In this document: positions 37,468-46,615 of the stretch, piece after piece
Layout of the letters: each line of letters opens with the position of its first letter
Numbering within the stretch: the stretch's first letter is position 1
Source: Candidatus Omnitrophota bacterium
GTDB lineage: Bacteria > Omnitrophota > Gorgyraeia > 2-01-FULL-45-10
Direction of reading: 5' to 3'
Length of the DNA: 64,000 nucleotides
NCBI GenBank assembly: GCA_018823705.1
Contig: JAHJHP010000031.1
Span: 1,982 to 65,981 of the forward strand
Made by a program: the position numbers and the translations under genes
Notes under the pieces: generated by a model
Databases searched by the model: none
What the model saw: the letters and a program-made list of their open reading frames with translations, nothing else
Told to the model about the DNA's origin: nothing

Positions 37468-37511
37468 TTGACAGATTTTAGGAATAGTGTATACTCTACT
37501 ATGTTAGTAGA
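37468..37511 (+). promoter_or_regulatory. promoter (TTGACA-16/17-TATACT) with overlapping 17-bp palindrome TCTACTAtgtTAGTAGA; candidate Rrf2 autoregulatory operator
   Basis: Hexamers and palindrome read from the sequence, about 25 nt upstream of the rrf2 start. Confidence 0.45.
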
Positions 37512-37534
37512 GATAGTCAAGATAAGGGGTTCTG

Positions 37535-37975
37535 ATGAGAGTAACGTATAGAGGAGATTACGCTTTAAAGGTGGTCTTGGCTTTGGCCCTGAACTATGGT
37601 AAAGACGTGGTAACGATCCACGAATTGGCCAAACGCATCGATGCTCCCATTAAGTTTTTGGAGCAAGTATTACTGGACCTGAAGAAGGGCGGTTTTGTGG
37701 AGTCCAGACGCGGCAAGATGGGTGGATATCGATTAGCCAGGCCGCCGGGCAATATAACGGTGGGCCAGGTAATAAGATTTATCGATGGCCCCACAGAGCC
37801 TATTTCTTGTGTAAGAAATGGGTATTCCAGTTGCGGTGACATGTATAAGTGTGTATTTAGAAAAGTGTGGCAGGATGTCGCGAAAACAACCTCAGATATC
37901 ATAGACAATGTAACTTTTGAGGCGCTGGCTTTCGAGGCTGATTCAGAACAAGAGGTACTTGTTTATTCGATTTAA
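37535..37975 (+). CDS. Rrf2 family transcriptional regulator (IscR/CymR-like, three-Cys cluster ligand motif)
   Basis: N-terminal wHTH (MRVTYRGDYALKVVLALAL...). C-x7-C-x5-C (SCVRNGYSSCGDMYKC). Confidence 0.85.
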   Translation: MRVTYRGDYALKVVLALALNYGKDVVTIHELAKRIDAPIKFLEQVLLDLKKGGFVESRRGKMGGYRLARPPGNITVGQVIRFIDGPTEPISCVRNGYSSCGDMYKCVFRKVWQDVAKTTSDIIDNVTFEALAFEADSEQEVLVYSI

Positions 37976-37994
37976 AAAAAAGGAGGAAGGGAAG

Positions 37995-38705
37995 ATGGGC
38001 GTTTTAAATGAGAAAGCGGATCTGAAAGAGTTGGTAGAGAAGTTGAATTTTAAGGAGAAAGTGGAGAGGTCAAAGGCGCTAATCGAGGAAGCATATAAAG
38101 TATACGGCGATGGACTTGTGGTGGCAAATAGCTTAGGGAAAGATTCGGTCGCGGTATGGGATCTCGCTAAAAGGGTAAATCCGAAAATACGCGGGTTTAT
38201 AGTGACGACCAGATATAAGCCGGTCGAGACTTTAAAATTCATGAAGGAGACCGTGAATAGGTATCCGGAGCTCAAAGTCTATAAGAATGATTCGGAGATA
38301 CCGGAACGGTTGTATGAAACAAAGCCGGACCTATGCTGCGATATATTAAAGGTTGAGCCTGTGAAGCGCGCCATAGAAGAGATGGGCGTTACATGCTGGG
38401 TGACGGGCTTGCGCTGCACCGAAGGCAGGACGCGCACCGACTTTCAGGAAGTAGAAGAGCGGGATAAGGGGCTGATAAAGCTTAACCCCATACTTATATG
38501 GAAAGAGCGCGAAGTTTGGCAATATCTGGCGCTATACGGGGTCCCTGTGAACCCTCTGTATGCGGAAGGCTATAGATCGCTCGGGTGCGCGCCGTGCTCA
38601 AAGATCACCAATGACGATAATGAGCGGGCCGGCCGCTGGATAGGAACGAGTAAATGCGGCGGCGAATGCGGTATACACACAAGGCCATTGAAGGGTAATA
38701 AATGA
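37995..38705 (+). CDS. cysH: phosphoadenosine/adenosine phosphosulfate reductase (PAPS/APS reductase family)
   Basis: PP-loop SLGKDS. Conserved C-terminal Cys residues (ECGIH tail). RBS aaggagg then ATG at 37995. Confidence 0.8.
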   Translation: MGVLNEKADLKELVEKLNFKEKVERSKALIEEAYKVYGDGLVVANSLGKDSVAVWDLAKRVNPKIRGFIVTTRYKPVETLKFMKETVNRYPELKVYKNDSEIPERLYETKPDLCCDILKVEPVKRAIEEMGVTCWVTGLRCTEGRTRTDFQEVEERDKGLIKLNPILIWKEREVWQYLALYGVPVNPLYAEGYRSLGCAPCSKITNDDNERAGRWIGTSKCGGECGIHTRPLKGNK

Positions 38706-39673
38706 TAATAGCGGTCACGATACTGGTTTCAGTATTTCTCGCGATGAACATGGGTATAAGTGGTTTCTCTGTGTCATTCGCGCCTTCCTTTGGAAGCAAT
38801 GTCCTGAGAAAAAACAAGGCGGCGCTACTCTATGGCCTTTGCGTAATAGCGGGAGCCTGCCTGATTGGCCCGAGAGTCGTAGAAACTCTGGTGCGGAAAA
38901 TATCCTACGCGCCATTAAACGTTGTTTCAAGCGGGATAATACTCATCTCGTGCGCTATAACCATGTTCTTAAGCAATGTTTTAAAGGTGCCGCAATCTAC
39001 GAGTTTCGTGACCGTCGCAAGCTTCGTGGGGTCGGGTCTATTTTACGGCAAGGTCAACTGGTATACGGTAGAAAAGATCCTGGTATTCGCAGTCATCTTT
39101 TCTATCGCATCCTTTGGCCTTACCGTTATAATTAAGCGTAGAATCTATCCGCCCCGTCAAGATAACCTGGGATTTTATGAGAAATTTTTTGTACACAGGG
39201 ATAAATTCAAGAAATTCATAATTTTCCACGATATGTATGCCGGTTTTAGCGTTGGTACGAATAATGTGGCCAATATCGTAGCTCCTTTAGTAGTCGCGTT
39301 AGGTATGGGAAATCTTTTCTGGTTCCTGGTGATCAGCCCGCTCTTTGGTTTAGGGGCATATTTTTGGGGAGAAAGAATGATACGTTCGGTATCTCGGGAC
39401 ATCGTACCTGTAGGAGAATTCTCCGCCAGCATAGTATCTTTTATCACAGCCACTTTTGTGCTTATCGCGTCTTTTTTAGGGCTGCCGACACCTTACGTTC
39501 AGTTTACGACATTTTCTCTATTGGGGATAAGCTGTGTAAAGGATGGGTTTAAAAAGACTTCAGAAAAATTGATTGTAAAAAAGATGCTGTGTGTCTGGAT
39601 ACTGGTCCCTCTCTTTACGGTCTTACTTAGTTTTAGTTTGCATCTTATCTGTATAAAATATCTACATCTATAA
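38702..39673 (+). CDS. PiT (inorganic phosphate transporter) family anion permease, putative sulfate permease (CysP-like)
   Basis: Polytopic protein with FSVGTNNVANIVAPL, a PiT-family signature-like motif. Embedded between cysH and cysK, as with B. subtilis CysP. Confidence 0.55.
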   Translation: MIIAVTILVSVFLAMNMGISGFSVSFAPSFGSNVLRKNKAALLYGLCVIAGACLIGPRVVETLVRKISYAPLNVVSSGIILISCAITMFLSNVLKVPQSTSFVTVASFVGSGLFYGKVNWYTVEKILVFAVIFSIASFGLTVIIKRRIYPPRQDNLGFYEKFFVHRDKFKKFIIFHDMYAGFSVGTNNVANIVAPLVVALGMGNLFWFLVISPLFGLGAYFWGERMIRSVSRDIVPVGEFSASIVSFITATFVLIASFLGLPTPYVQFTTFSLLGISCVKDGFKKTSEKLIVKKMLCVWILVPLFTVLLSFSLHLICIKYLHL

Positions 39674-39687
39674 TAGGAGAATGCGCT

Positions 39688-40623
39688 ATGCGTGAAGATT
39701 CGGAGATCACAAAAAATATTCTCGAAGTTATAGGGAGAACCCCCCTGATAAGGCTTAATCGTATCGCCGGCCGGGGTATGGCAGAAATACTTGCTAAAGT
39801 TGAATCGCTGAATCCGGGCGGCAGTGTTAAGGATAGAATAGCTCTTGCCATGATCGAGGACGCTCAAGCGAAGGGAGAGCTTAAGCCCGATTCGACTATT
39901 ATAGAACCTACCAGCGGGAATACAGGGATCGGCCTGGCAATGGTCTGCGCGGTCAAGGGCTACCGATGCATACTTACTATGCCTGAGACGATGAGCCTGG
40001 AGAGAATATATATCCTGAAAGCTTATGGCGCGGAAGTGGTTCTTACTCCCGGTTCTCAGGGCATGAAAGGGGCTATAAAGAAGGCGGAGGAGATCCAGGC
40101 AAAGACAGCAAATTCATTCATGCCTCACCAGTTTGAACATCCGGCAAATCCGAAAGTTCATAGAGAGACTACGGCTAGAGAGATACTTTCACAGACGGGC
40201 GGCAGGCTCGATGCTTTTGTCGCCGGGGTTGGTACCGGTGGAACCATAACGGGAGTCGGCGAGATATTGAAGAAGCATGATGCCCGAATAAGAATTATTG
40301 CCGTAGAGCCTGAAACGAGCGCCGTCCTATCAGGTAAAAAACACGGGACTCATAAGATACAGGGTATAGGAGCCGGATTTATACCCGATATTTTGAATAG
40401 GAACGTTATAGATGAGATTATAACCGTAAGCGACCGGGATGCGTATGAAGCAGCAAAGCTATTGGCTGTGAAGGAAGGCATATTCTGCGGCCCGTCTTCA
40501 GGCGCGGCTTTTGTAGCTGCGCTAAAGATTGCGAAGACATTGGGGGCCGGTAAGAGAGTCATAACGGTATTTCCGGATACAGGCGAAAGATATTTTTCAA
40601 TGAACCAATACTTTGAATTCTAA
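39688..40623 (+). CDS. cysK: cysteine synthase A (O-acetylserine sulfhydrylase)
   Basis: PLP lysine in SVKDR. TSGNTGIGLA. GTGGT loop. Confidence 0.9.
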   Translation: MREDSEITKNILEVIGRTPLIRLNRIAGRGMAEILAKVESLNPGGSVKDRIALAMIEDAQAKGELKPDSTIIEPTSGNTGIGLAMVCAVKGYRCILTMPETMSLERIYILKAYGAEVVLTPGSQGMKGAIKKAEEIQAKTANSFMPHQFEHPANPKVHRETTAREILSQTGGRLDAFVAGVGTGGTITGVGEILKKHDARIRIIAVEPETSAVLSGKKHGTHKIQGIGAGFIPDILNRNVIDEIITVSDRDAYEAAKLLAVKEGIFCGPSSGAAFVAALKIAKTLGAGKRVITVFPDTGERYFSMNQYFEF

Positions 40624-40638
40624 CCGGCGCGGAGCGAA

Positions 40639-41118
40639 ATGAAAGAGTTATATTATCCGATAGCGTTAAAGCTTAAAGGCAAAACCGCCCTGGTTGTCGG
40701 AGGCGGACAGGTCGCTGAGCGCAAAGTAAAGACCCTGCTTCGTTTTGGCGCGCGGGTCCGTCTTGTGTCGCCTGATTTAACAACAGCATTAAGAAGACTT
40801 TTTAAATCCCGCAAGATCGCCTGGCACAAGAGAGCTATAAGATCTTCGGACGTCGAAGGCGCGGATCTTATCATAGCAGCCACTTCTATCGCGGCCGTCA
40901 ATAAGAAGGTAAGTAAATGGGCGAAAAGAGAAGGAACTCCGGTAAATATTGTAGATAGAGCGGATTTAAGCAGTTTTATTTCGCCGGCAATTCTGCATAC
41001 ATCCAGGGCCGTTGTAGCCGTATATACGCACGGCCGGAACCCTGCTTTAAGCAGGGATCTGAAGAACTTTCTGAAGGAGAATTGGGATGTATTTTTATCT
41101 TATAGGGGTAGATTATAA
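40639..41118 (+). CDS. precorrin-2 dehydrogenase / sirohydrochlorin ferrochelatase (siroheme synthase N-terminal domain type, SirC/CysG-N)
   Basis: LKGKTALVVGGGQVAERKVKTLL NAD-binding motif typical of the CysG N-terminal domain. 159 aa. Confidence 0.75.
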   Translation: MKELYYPIALKLKGKTALVVGGGQVAERKVKTLLRFGARVRLVSPDLTTALRRLFKSRKIAWHKRAIRSSDVEGADLIIAATSIAAVNKKVSKWAKREGTPVNIVDRADLSSFISPAILHTSRAVVAVYTHGRNPALSRDLKNFLKENWDVFLSYRGRL

Positions 41119-42070
41119 AAGTTCGACGATCGATACGCGCGAAAAGCTCTACCGTAATAGAAAGGCCATCTCCGGTTTCTGCGCAAGCCATCTCCCCCAT
41201 GAAGCAGCTCTCCTTACGACTTGTAACCGCATAGAGATCTATGGCCTTACAAAATACGCTGACGATGCGCTTGGGCATATCGCCGCTTTTTCCGAACGTC
41301 TCCCTGAATTTTCAAAGTACGCGTATGTGAAATACGGAGAAGCGGAAGTGTTTCATCATGCGCTCAGGCTGGGCGTCGGACTCGAGTCGCAGCTTAAGGG
41401 AGAGCCGCAGATATTGGCGCAGCTCGAGGCGTGGAGTTCAGGCGACAGAGTGCCGCTTCCTATTAAGGTTTTATGGGATAGGGCTATTACATTAGCGCGA
41501 AAAATACGAGTTGCGTCGAAGCTAAACGAGGATAATGATAATATAGCTACTATCGTGCTTGAAGATATAAGGAGACGTCTGGGTGGGCGCAGAAAGTATG
41601 AAATCGTAATTGTAGGGACAGGCAAGATCGCCGAACTTTTCTCAGGATCCCGGCCGATTGGCGCGCATCTTCTTTTCGCGGCCCATAAGAATTATCAAAA
41701 AGCACAAATGCTGGCAATGAATTCAGGCGGAGACGCGCTGTTTTTAAAGGATCTGCCTGGCATCATAGCCAGGACGGATGCATTGATATGCGCGACATCG
41801 AGCCCGCATCATGTTATTGAAAAGGATATCTTTAACAATCTGGCCGTTGGTCGTGAGTATCCGCTATATATTTATGATCTTGCGATTCCGAGGGATGTGG
41901 AGCCGACCTCAGGACGCGTAAATGGCATATTTTTGAATAATCTCGACAGTTTGAGATATCTATTTTACAGATATAACAAGTCGAAACAGGAGCGCATAGA
42001 GCTGGCATCCGATCTGATAGGCGATGTGTTAAAAATTCATCAGGAGCTCGCTCATGGCAAAGACCATTAA
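41087..42070 (+). CDS. hemA: glutamyl-tRNA reductase (short form, 327 aa)
   Basis: Catalytic Cys in LTTCNRIEIY. NADPH domain IVIVGTGKIAE. Confidence 0.8.
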   Translation: MYFYLIGVDYKSSTIDTREKLYRNRKAISGFCASHLPHEAALLTTCNRIEIYGLTKYADDALGHIAAFSERLPEFSKYAYVKYGEAEVFHHALRLGVGLESQLKGEPQILAQLEAWSSGDRVPLPIKVLWDRAITLARKIRVASKLNEDNDNIATIVLEDIRRRLGGRRKYEIVIVGTGKIAELFSGSRPIGAHLLFAAHKNYQKAQMLAMNSGGDALFLKDLPGIIARTDALICATSSPHHVIEKDIFNNLAVGREYPLYIYDLAIPRDVEPTSGRVNGIFLNNLDSLRYLFYRYNKSKQERIELASDLIGDVLKIHQELAHGKDH

Positions 42071-42707
42071 AGTCGGGACGCGGCCGAGCGCTCTTGCGCT
42101 AAAGCAGGTTGAAGAAGTGCGCAAGCGCTTGCCGCAGTATCACATAGAGACCGTTCTTATCGAAACTCGCGGCGACAAAGATAAGATCTCTTCTCTATCG
42201 GATAAAGAAAATAGCGACTTTTTTACACGCGAGATCGAGCAAGCTCTAATAGATGGGTCTATTGACGCGGCCATTCATAGCGCGAAGGACCTGGAAGATG
42301 TTATGTCGAGAGAATTGGTAATAGCGGCGATGACGTCTCCTATCAGCCCTTTCGAATGTTTGGTGTCTCGGGGAGGTTCGACGATGGAGAAGCTTCCTTT
42401 GGGCGCCTGCGTAGGCACTAGTAGCCGGAAGCGAAGAAGAGCGCTTATGAATTTCAGGCCGGACCTCGACGTAAAGGATATACGCGGCGATATTGATGAA
42501 AGACTGGCGCAGTTGAATAGCGGGAAGTTTGACGCTATTATCGTCGCGCATGCTGCCTTGATCAGATTGGGATATGAAGATAGGATCGCCGAGATCATTC
42601 CCAGAGAAATAATGGAGCCCCACCCTTTACAGGGAAGCCTCGCGGTCCAGATCCGTCGAGACAGGGATGACTTGTCGGCAATTTTTAGGAGCTTAGATGG
42701 AAAATAA
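42054..42707 (+). CDS. hemC: hydroxymethylbilane synthase (porphobilinogen deaminase) lacking C-terminal domain 3
   Basis: Domains 1-2 align to HemC (VGTRPSALALKQV, GTSSRKR, DAIIVAHAALIRLG). The ORF ends at 217 aa, where the cofactor-Cys domain would begin. Confidence 0.7.
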   Translation: MAKTIKVGTRPSALALKQVEEVRKRLPQYHIETVLIETRGDKDKISSLSDKENSDFFTREIEQALIDGSIDAAIHSAKDLEDVMSRELVIAAMTSPISPFECLVSRGGSTMEKLPLGACVGTSSRKRRRALMNFRPDLDVKDIRGDIDERLAQLNSGKFDAIIVAHAALIRLGYEDRIAEIIPREIMEPHPLQGSLAVQIRRDRDDLSAIFRSLDGK

Positions 42708-43416
42708 GAAGGGTAAAGTTTATATAGTAGGAGCCGGCCCGGGCGACCCGGAACTTATAAGCGTGAAAGGGCTGAAGGCACTCAAAAAAGCGGATTGCGT
42801 ATTGTATGATTTTTTGTCTTCCCCGGCGCTATTAAAATATGTTAAAACGGGCGCTAAAAAGATATGCGTAGGCAAAGCGAATGGCCTGCATCTTAAGGAA
42901 CAGGGTGATATAAATGAGTTACTTTACAAATATTCTCAGGTTTATAGATATGTCGTGCGCCTCAAAGGCGGCGATCCGTTTGTATTCAGCCGCGGTTTTG
43001 AAGAGGCGCGGTACTTGGCCGAGAAGAGAGTAAAATGTGAGGTGATCCCGGGAATAACGTCGGCCATCGCGGGCCCGGAAAGTTTCGGAATTCCGCTCAC
43101 GATAAAAAATAAGATACAATCCTTTGCGGTGTTGACCGGACGCAAAGAGAATCCAAATGCCGAAATCGATGCGCCCGATTGCCGGACGCTCGTGTATGTG
43201 ATGGGTGTAGCCAATATAAAGAATATAGTGAAGGCATTACGGAAGAGAGGCCGTCCCGATAAGACTCCGTGCGCATTCATAGAACGAGCGACCACCAGGA
43301 AGGCGAGGATCGTGACAGCCACGATAAAGACTATAGCGAGAGAGGTTGTGAGGCAAAAAGTGAAGCCTCCCGCTATTTTGATTGTAGGTGAGGTCGTAAA
43401 GTATGCTAAAAAATAA
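42697..43416 (+). CDS. cobA: uroporphyrinogen-III C-methyltransferase (SUMT)
   Basis: VYIVGAGPGDPELISVKG SAM-MT motif. 239 aa. Confidence 0.9.
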   Translation: MENKKGKVYIVGAGPGDPELISVKGLKALKKADCVLYDFLSSPALLKYVKTGAKKICVGKANGLHLKEQGDINELLYKYSQVYRYVVRLKGGDPFVFSRGFEEARYLAEKRVKCEVIPGITSAIAGPESFGIPLTIKNKIQSFAVLTGRKENPNAEIDAPDCRTLVYVMGVANIKNIVKALRKRGRPDKTPCAFIERATTRKARIVTATIKTIAREVVRQKVKPPAILIVGEVVKYAKK

Positions 43417-44335
43417 AAAGACTACCATCAGCGTAAAGGATCTGGTCTACCCTTTATTTGTAAGAGAGGGAATAGGTATATGCGAGGAGATACCTTCCAT
43501 GCCCGGTATTTACAGGTTCCCTCTTGACGCTATTGCCAGGGAAACCCGGGCTCTGGTGAAGTTGGGGATAGGGGCTGTTTTACTCTTCGGTGTGCCGACC
43601 GGGAAAAGCCGGGAAGGCTCAGAAGCATATAAAAAAGATAATGTAGCCGCCAAAGCCGTAACAAAACTTAAGCGAAAGTTTCCGGATCTTACCGTTATGA
43701 CCGATGTGTGTCTGTGTGCGTATACATCGCATGGGCATTGCGGCGTTATTCTGCCGGGATGCAGGACTATAGCTCATAAAACGACGCTTGATGCGCTCTG
43801 CAGGATGGCGTTATCCCACGCCGAAGCCGGCGCGGATTATGTGGCGCCTTCGGCTATGGCAAAAGGGCAGGTATGGGCTATAAGAAGAGCATTGGATGCC
43901 CACGGTTTTAAGGATACCGGGATAATGGGGTATTCAGCGAAGTACGCTTCAAATTTCTACGGCCCATTCAGGGATGCGGCTAATTCATCTCCGTTATTTG
44001 GGGACAGAAGCGCGTATCAACTCGGATTTTCTAACAGCGCGTCGGCTATGAAAGAGATAGCGGCTGATATAAGAGAAGGCGCAGACATAGTAATGGTCAA
44101 GCCGGCATTGGCATATCTGGATATAATCAGGGAGGCCGCGAACCGCTTCCGGGCGCCGCTTGCAGCCTATAACGTGAGCGGCGAATACGCCATGGTCAAA
44201 CATGGCGCAAAGCTGGGTTTGTGGAATGAAAAGAAGGTTGTGCTCGAGATCATTACTTCGATTAAACGTGCGGGGGCGGATCTGGTCATTACATATCATG
44301 CTAAGGACATTGCGAAATGGCTAAAAGAACGATAA
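43403..44335 (+). CDS. hemB: porphobilinogen synthase (ALA dehydratase), Zn/Cys-rich type
   Basis: DVCLCAYTSHGHCG metal site. Active-site Lys region. Confidence 0.9.
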   Translation: MLKNKKTTISVKDLVYPLFVREGIGICEEIPSMPGIYRFPLDAIARETRALVKLGIGAVLLFGVPTGKSREGSEAYKKDNVAAKAVTKLKRKFPDLTVMTDVCLCAYTSHGHCGVILPGCRTIAHKTTLDALCRMALSHAEAGADYVAPSAMAKGQVWAIRRALDAHGFKDTGIMGYSAKYASNFYGPFRDAANSSPLFGDRSAYQLGFSNSASAMKEIAADIREGADIVMVKPALAYLDIIREAANRFRAPLAAYNVSGEYAMVKHGAKLGLWNEKKVVLEIITSIKRAGADLVITYHAKDIAKWLKER

Positions 44336-45567
44336 ATTCTAAATTATTCTCTGAGGCGCAAAAATATCTGGTGGGCGGCGTCAATAGCCCCGTGCGGGCT
44401 TTTAATTATGTAGGCGGTGACCCTCTTATAATTAAGAGAGGCCATGGCTCAAAAGTCTATGACCACGATGGTAATGAGTATATCGATTATGTGCTTTCAT
44501 GGGGAAGCCTCATTCTTGGCCATGCGTTTCCCGATGTTGTGAATGCGGTCAAGGCCGCGGCTTGCGACGGTTTGAGTTTCGGCACGACAAATATAAAGGA
44601 AGTGGAGCTGGCAAAGTTGATCCATAAGGCGATACCGTTTGTAGAAAAGATAAGGTTTGTCAATTCAGGCACAGAAGCTGTTATGAGCGCGGTGAGGCTT
44701 GCCAGAGGGCATACCGGCAGGGACAAGATCGTGAAGTTTGAGAACTCTTATCACGGACACGCCGATTATCTCCTAGTCTCAGGAGGCTCGGGACTCGCAA
44801 CCCTAAATATTCCGCAAAGCCCCGGTGTCCCCCGAAGTTTCATCAAAGACACAATGGTCCTTCCTTACGGCGATTTCCGAAAACTGGAAGAGGCATTTGA
44901 ACTGCACGGAAGAGAGATAGCTGCTGTGCTGGTGGAGCCCGTGGGAGGCAATTATGGTGTCATGCCCCCCGATACAGGTTTTTTGCGGCATCTAAGGAAG
45001 ATCACTGATCGATACTCCGCGCTTCTGATCGCCGATGAAGTGATCACCGGATTTCGTTTCTCATTCGGTTCTTTTATGCATAGGTCGGGCGTATTGCCCG
45101 ATCTTATATGCCTCGGGAAGATCATAGGCGGAGGGTTACCTATAGGAGCTTACGGCGGTGGCGGTAAGATAATGAATAAACTCGCTCCGCTCGGAAAAGT
45201 CTATCAGGCATCAACATTTTCCGGGAATCCGGTCGTTATGCAGGCAGGCATATCCACACTTAAAGTGTTAGCGTTATCCGGGGGAAGATATAGGCAGATT
45301 GAAAGATTCGCGGAACTTTTAAGCAGCGCTATTGAAAGAGCCGCGAGGTCATGTAATATCGATTTAAAAGTGAGCAGATTTGGCTCCATGTTCAGCCTGA
45401 AGTTTGAGAGAAAGGATGATTTTAAGAAGTTCTACAGAGGGTTGCTCCGGAGCGGAGTCTATTTTGCGCCTTCGGAATTTGAATCGAATTTTGTGTCATT
45501 TGCGCACACAAAAAAAGATATTGATGATACAATAAATTTGATAAGAGTTATTTTGGCGAAGATATAA
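44317..45567 (+). CDS. hemL: glutamate-1-semialdehyde 2,1-aminomutase
   Basis: Class III aminotransferase fold. Length and motifs (VNSGTEAVM, GKIIGGGLP) typical of HemL. Confidence 0.9.
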   Translation: MAKRTINSKLFSEAQKYLVGGVNSPVRAFNYVGGDPLIIKRGHGSKVYDHDGNEYIDYVLSWGSLILGHAFPDVVNAVKAAACDGLSFGTTNIKEVELAKLIHKAIPFVEKIRFVNSGTEAVMSAVRLARGHTGRDKIVKFENSYHGHADYLLVSGGSGLATLNIPQSPGVPRSFIKDTMVLPYGDFRKLEEAFELHGREIAAVLVEPVGGNYGVMPPDTGFLRHLRKITDRYSALLIADEVITGFRFSFGSFMHRSGVLPDLICLGKIIGGGLPIGAYGGGGKIMNKLAPLGKVYQASTFSGNPVVMQAGISTLKVLALSGGRYRQIERFAELLSSAIERAARSCNIDLKVSRFGSMFSLKFERKDDFKKFYRGLLRSGVYFAPSEFESNFVSFAHTKKDIDDTINLIRVILAKI

Positions 45568-45583
45568 AATAAGCGGAGGATAA

Positions 45584-46291
45584 ATGGAAAATATCGATTA
45601 TGAAGATTTAAAGAAACGGGGATTCTTAAGACAAGCCCAGGAAGGTTTTTTTGTATTAAGGACGAGAATGCCGGGTGGCAACTATAAGAGAGAAGACCTC
45701 GAAAAACTGGCCGTGATAGCGCAAAAGTATGCCAAAGGATTTGTCCATGCCACTGTCCGTCAGGGGCTGGAGATCCCTTTTATAAGATTTGAAAATATTC
45801 CTGAGGTCGAATCCGAGGTAAAAAAAACCGGTATTCTGATAGGTGCGTCCGGTCCGCGGCTCAGGACGACCGTTGCCTGCCCCGGCAACAACTGGTGCAA
45901 ACGAGGCCTCGTAAATACATTTTCTCTTGCCGATAGAATAGAAAAAGAGCCGGGGCTAAAATGCGGGTTAGACCTGCCGCACAAATTTAAGATAGCTATC
46001 TCCGGATGCCCCAACGCCTGTACGCGGCCTCAAGTCTCCGAGATAGGCATGCACGGTCAAGCCGATAGTCTGACGAAAGCGGCCGGCTATACCGTATATA
46101 TAGGAGGTTGCGGAGGCAGAATATCAAAGTCGGGTATAAAGCTCGAAAAAGTTTATACGGAAGATGAAGTTATGCGTCTGGTAGAGAAAGTGGTAAAATT
46201 TTATAAAGATCATGCTAAGCCCCGACAGCGGCTCGGCGCATTGATCGATGAATTCGGAATAGACAATTTTTATAAAACATGTTCGTGTTGA
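45584..46291 (+). CDS. small siroheme-[4Fe-4S] sulfite/nitrite reductase hemoprotein (low-molecular-weight assimilatory-type sulfite reductase-like)
   Basis: C-x5-C ... C-x3-C siroheme/Fe-S ligand pattern (CPGNNWC ... CPNAC) in a ~235-aa single-module protein. Confidence 0.6.
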   Translation: MENIDYEDLKKRGFLRQAQEGFFVLRTRMPGGNYKREDLEKLAVIAQKYAKGFVHATVRQGLEIPFIRFENIPEVESEVKKTGILIGASGPRLRTTVACPGNNWCKRGLVNTFSLADRIEKEPGLKCGLDLPHKFKIAISGCPNACTRPQVSEIGMHGQADSLTKAAGYTVYIGGCGGRISKSGIKLEKVYTEDEVMRLVEKVVKFYKDHAKPRQRLGALIDEFGIDNFYKTCSC

Positions 46292-46341
46292 TATGAGTTG
46301 CCCCCATATACACAAAGAGATACAATATGGGTGTGAGTAAT

Positions 46342-46380
46342 AGTCCGGGCTTAAGCCCGGACTACAATTGTGGATAACTT
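46342..46380. repeat. palindromic repeat family C (AGTCCGGGCTTAAGCCCGGACT plus CAATTGTGGATAACT)
   Basis: The CAATTGTGGATAACT 15-mer also occurs at 51772-51786 and, reverse-complemented, inside the MITE at 48386-48400. Confidence 0.65.
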
Positions 46381-46381
46381 T

Positions 46382-46615
46382 ATGAAGAAGATGTCTTTAA
46401 TAAAACTCAAGGCGAATCGCAAGGGCAGGATCGTTGAGATTTTAGGAGGCTCGAACTTGCAGAGCAGGTTGATGAATATGGGTGTGTTTAAGGGCAAGGA
46501 AATCAGTAAGCTCAGCCATGTTGGGCTGAGAGGCCCCGTAGTAATAAAATCCGGCAGAAGCATTCTAGCTTTAGGTCATGGCGTAGCAGCCAAAGTGATA
46601 TTAGAGACAGAATGA
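46382..46615 (+). CDS. feoA: FeoA family protein
   Basis: SH3-like FeoA (GRIVEILGGSNLQSRLMNMGVFKGKEI). Confidence 0.85.
   Translation: MKKMSLIKLKANRKGRIVEILGGSNLQSRLMNMGVFKGKEISKLSHVGLRGPVVIKSGRSILALGHGVAAKVILETE

Noticed and set aside
37261-37534. Searched the repeat-rich intergenic regions (37261-37534, 51560-51829, 4539-4907) for tRNA or small RNA genes
   Set aside because: No T-loop (GGTTCGAATCC-like) or cloverleaf-compatible arrangement was seen. The sequences are dominated by long perfect palindromes characteristic of REP/MITE-type repeats, not structured RNA genes.
42054-43416. Possibility that the short HemC results from a frameshift with the remainder fused into the next ORF
   Set aside because: cobA begins with its own canonical N-terminus (MENKKGKVYIVGAGPGDPEL) overlapping the hemC stop, and hemB follows immediately. 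No frame contains HemC domain-3-like sequence. Kept as a genuine truncation (see findings) pending read-level verification.
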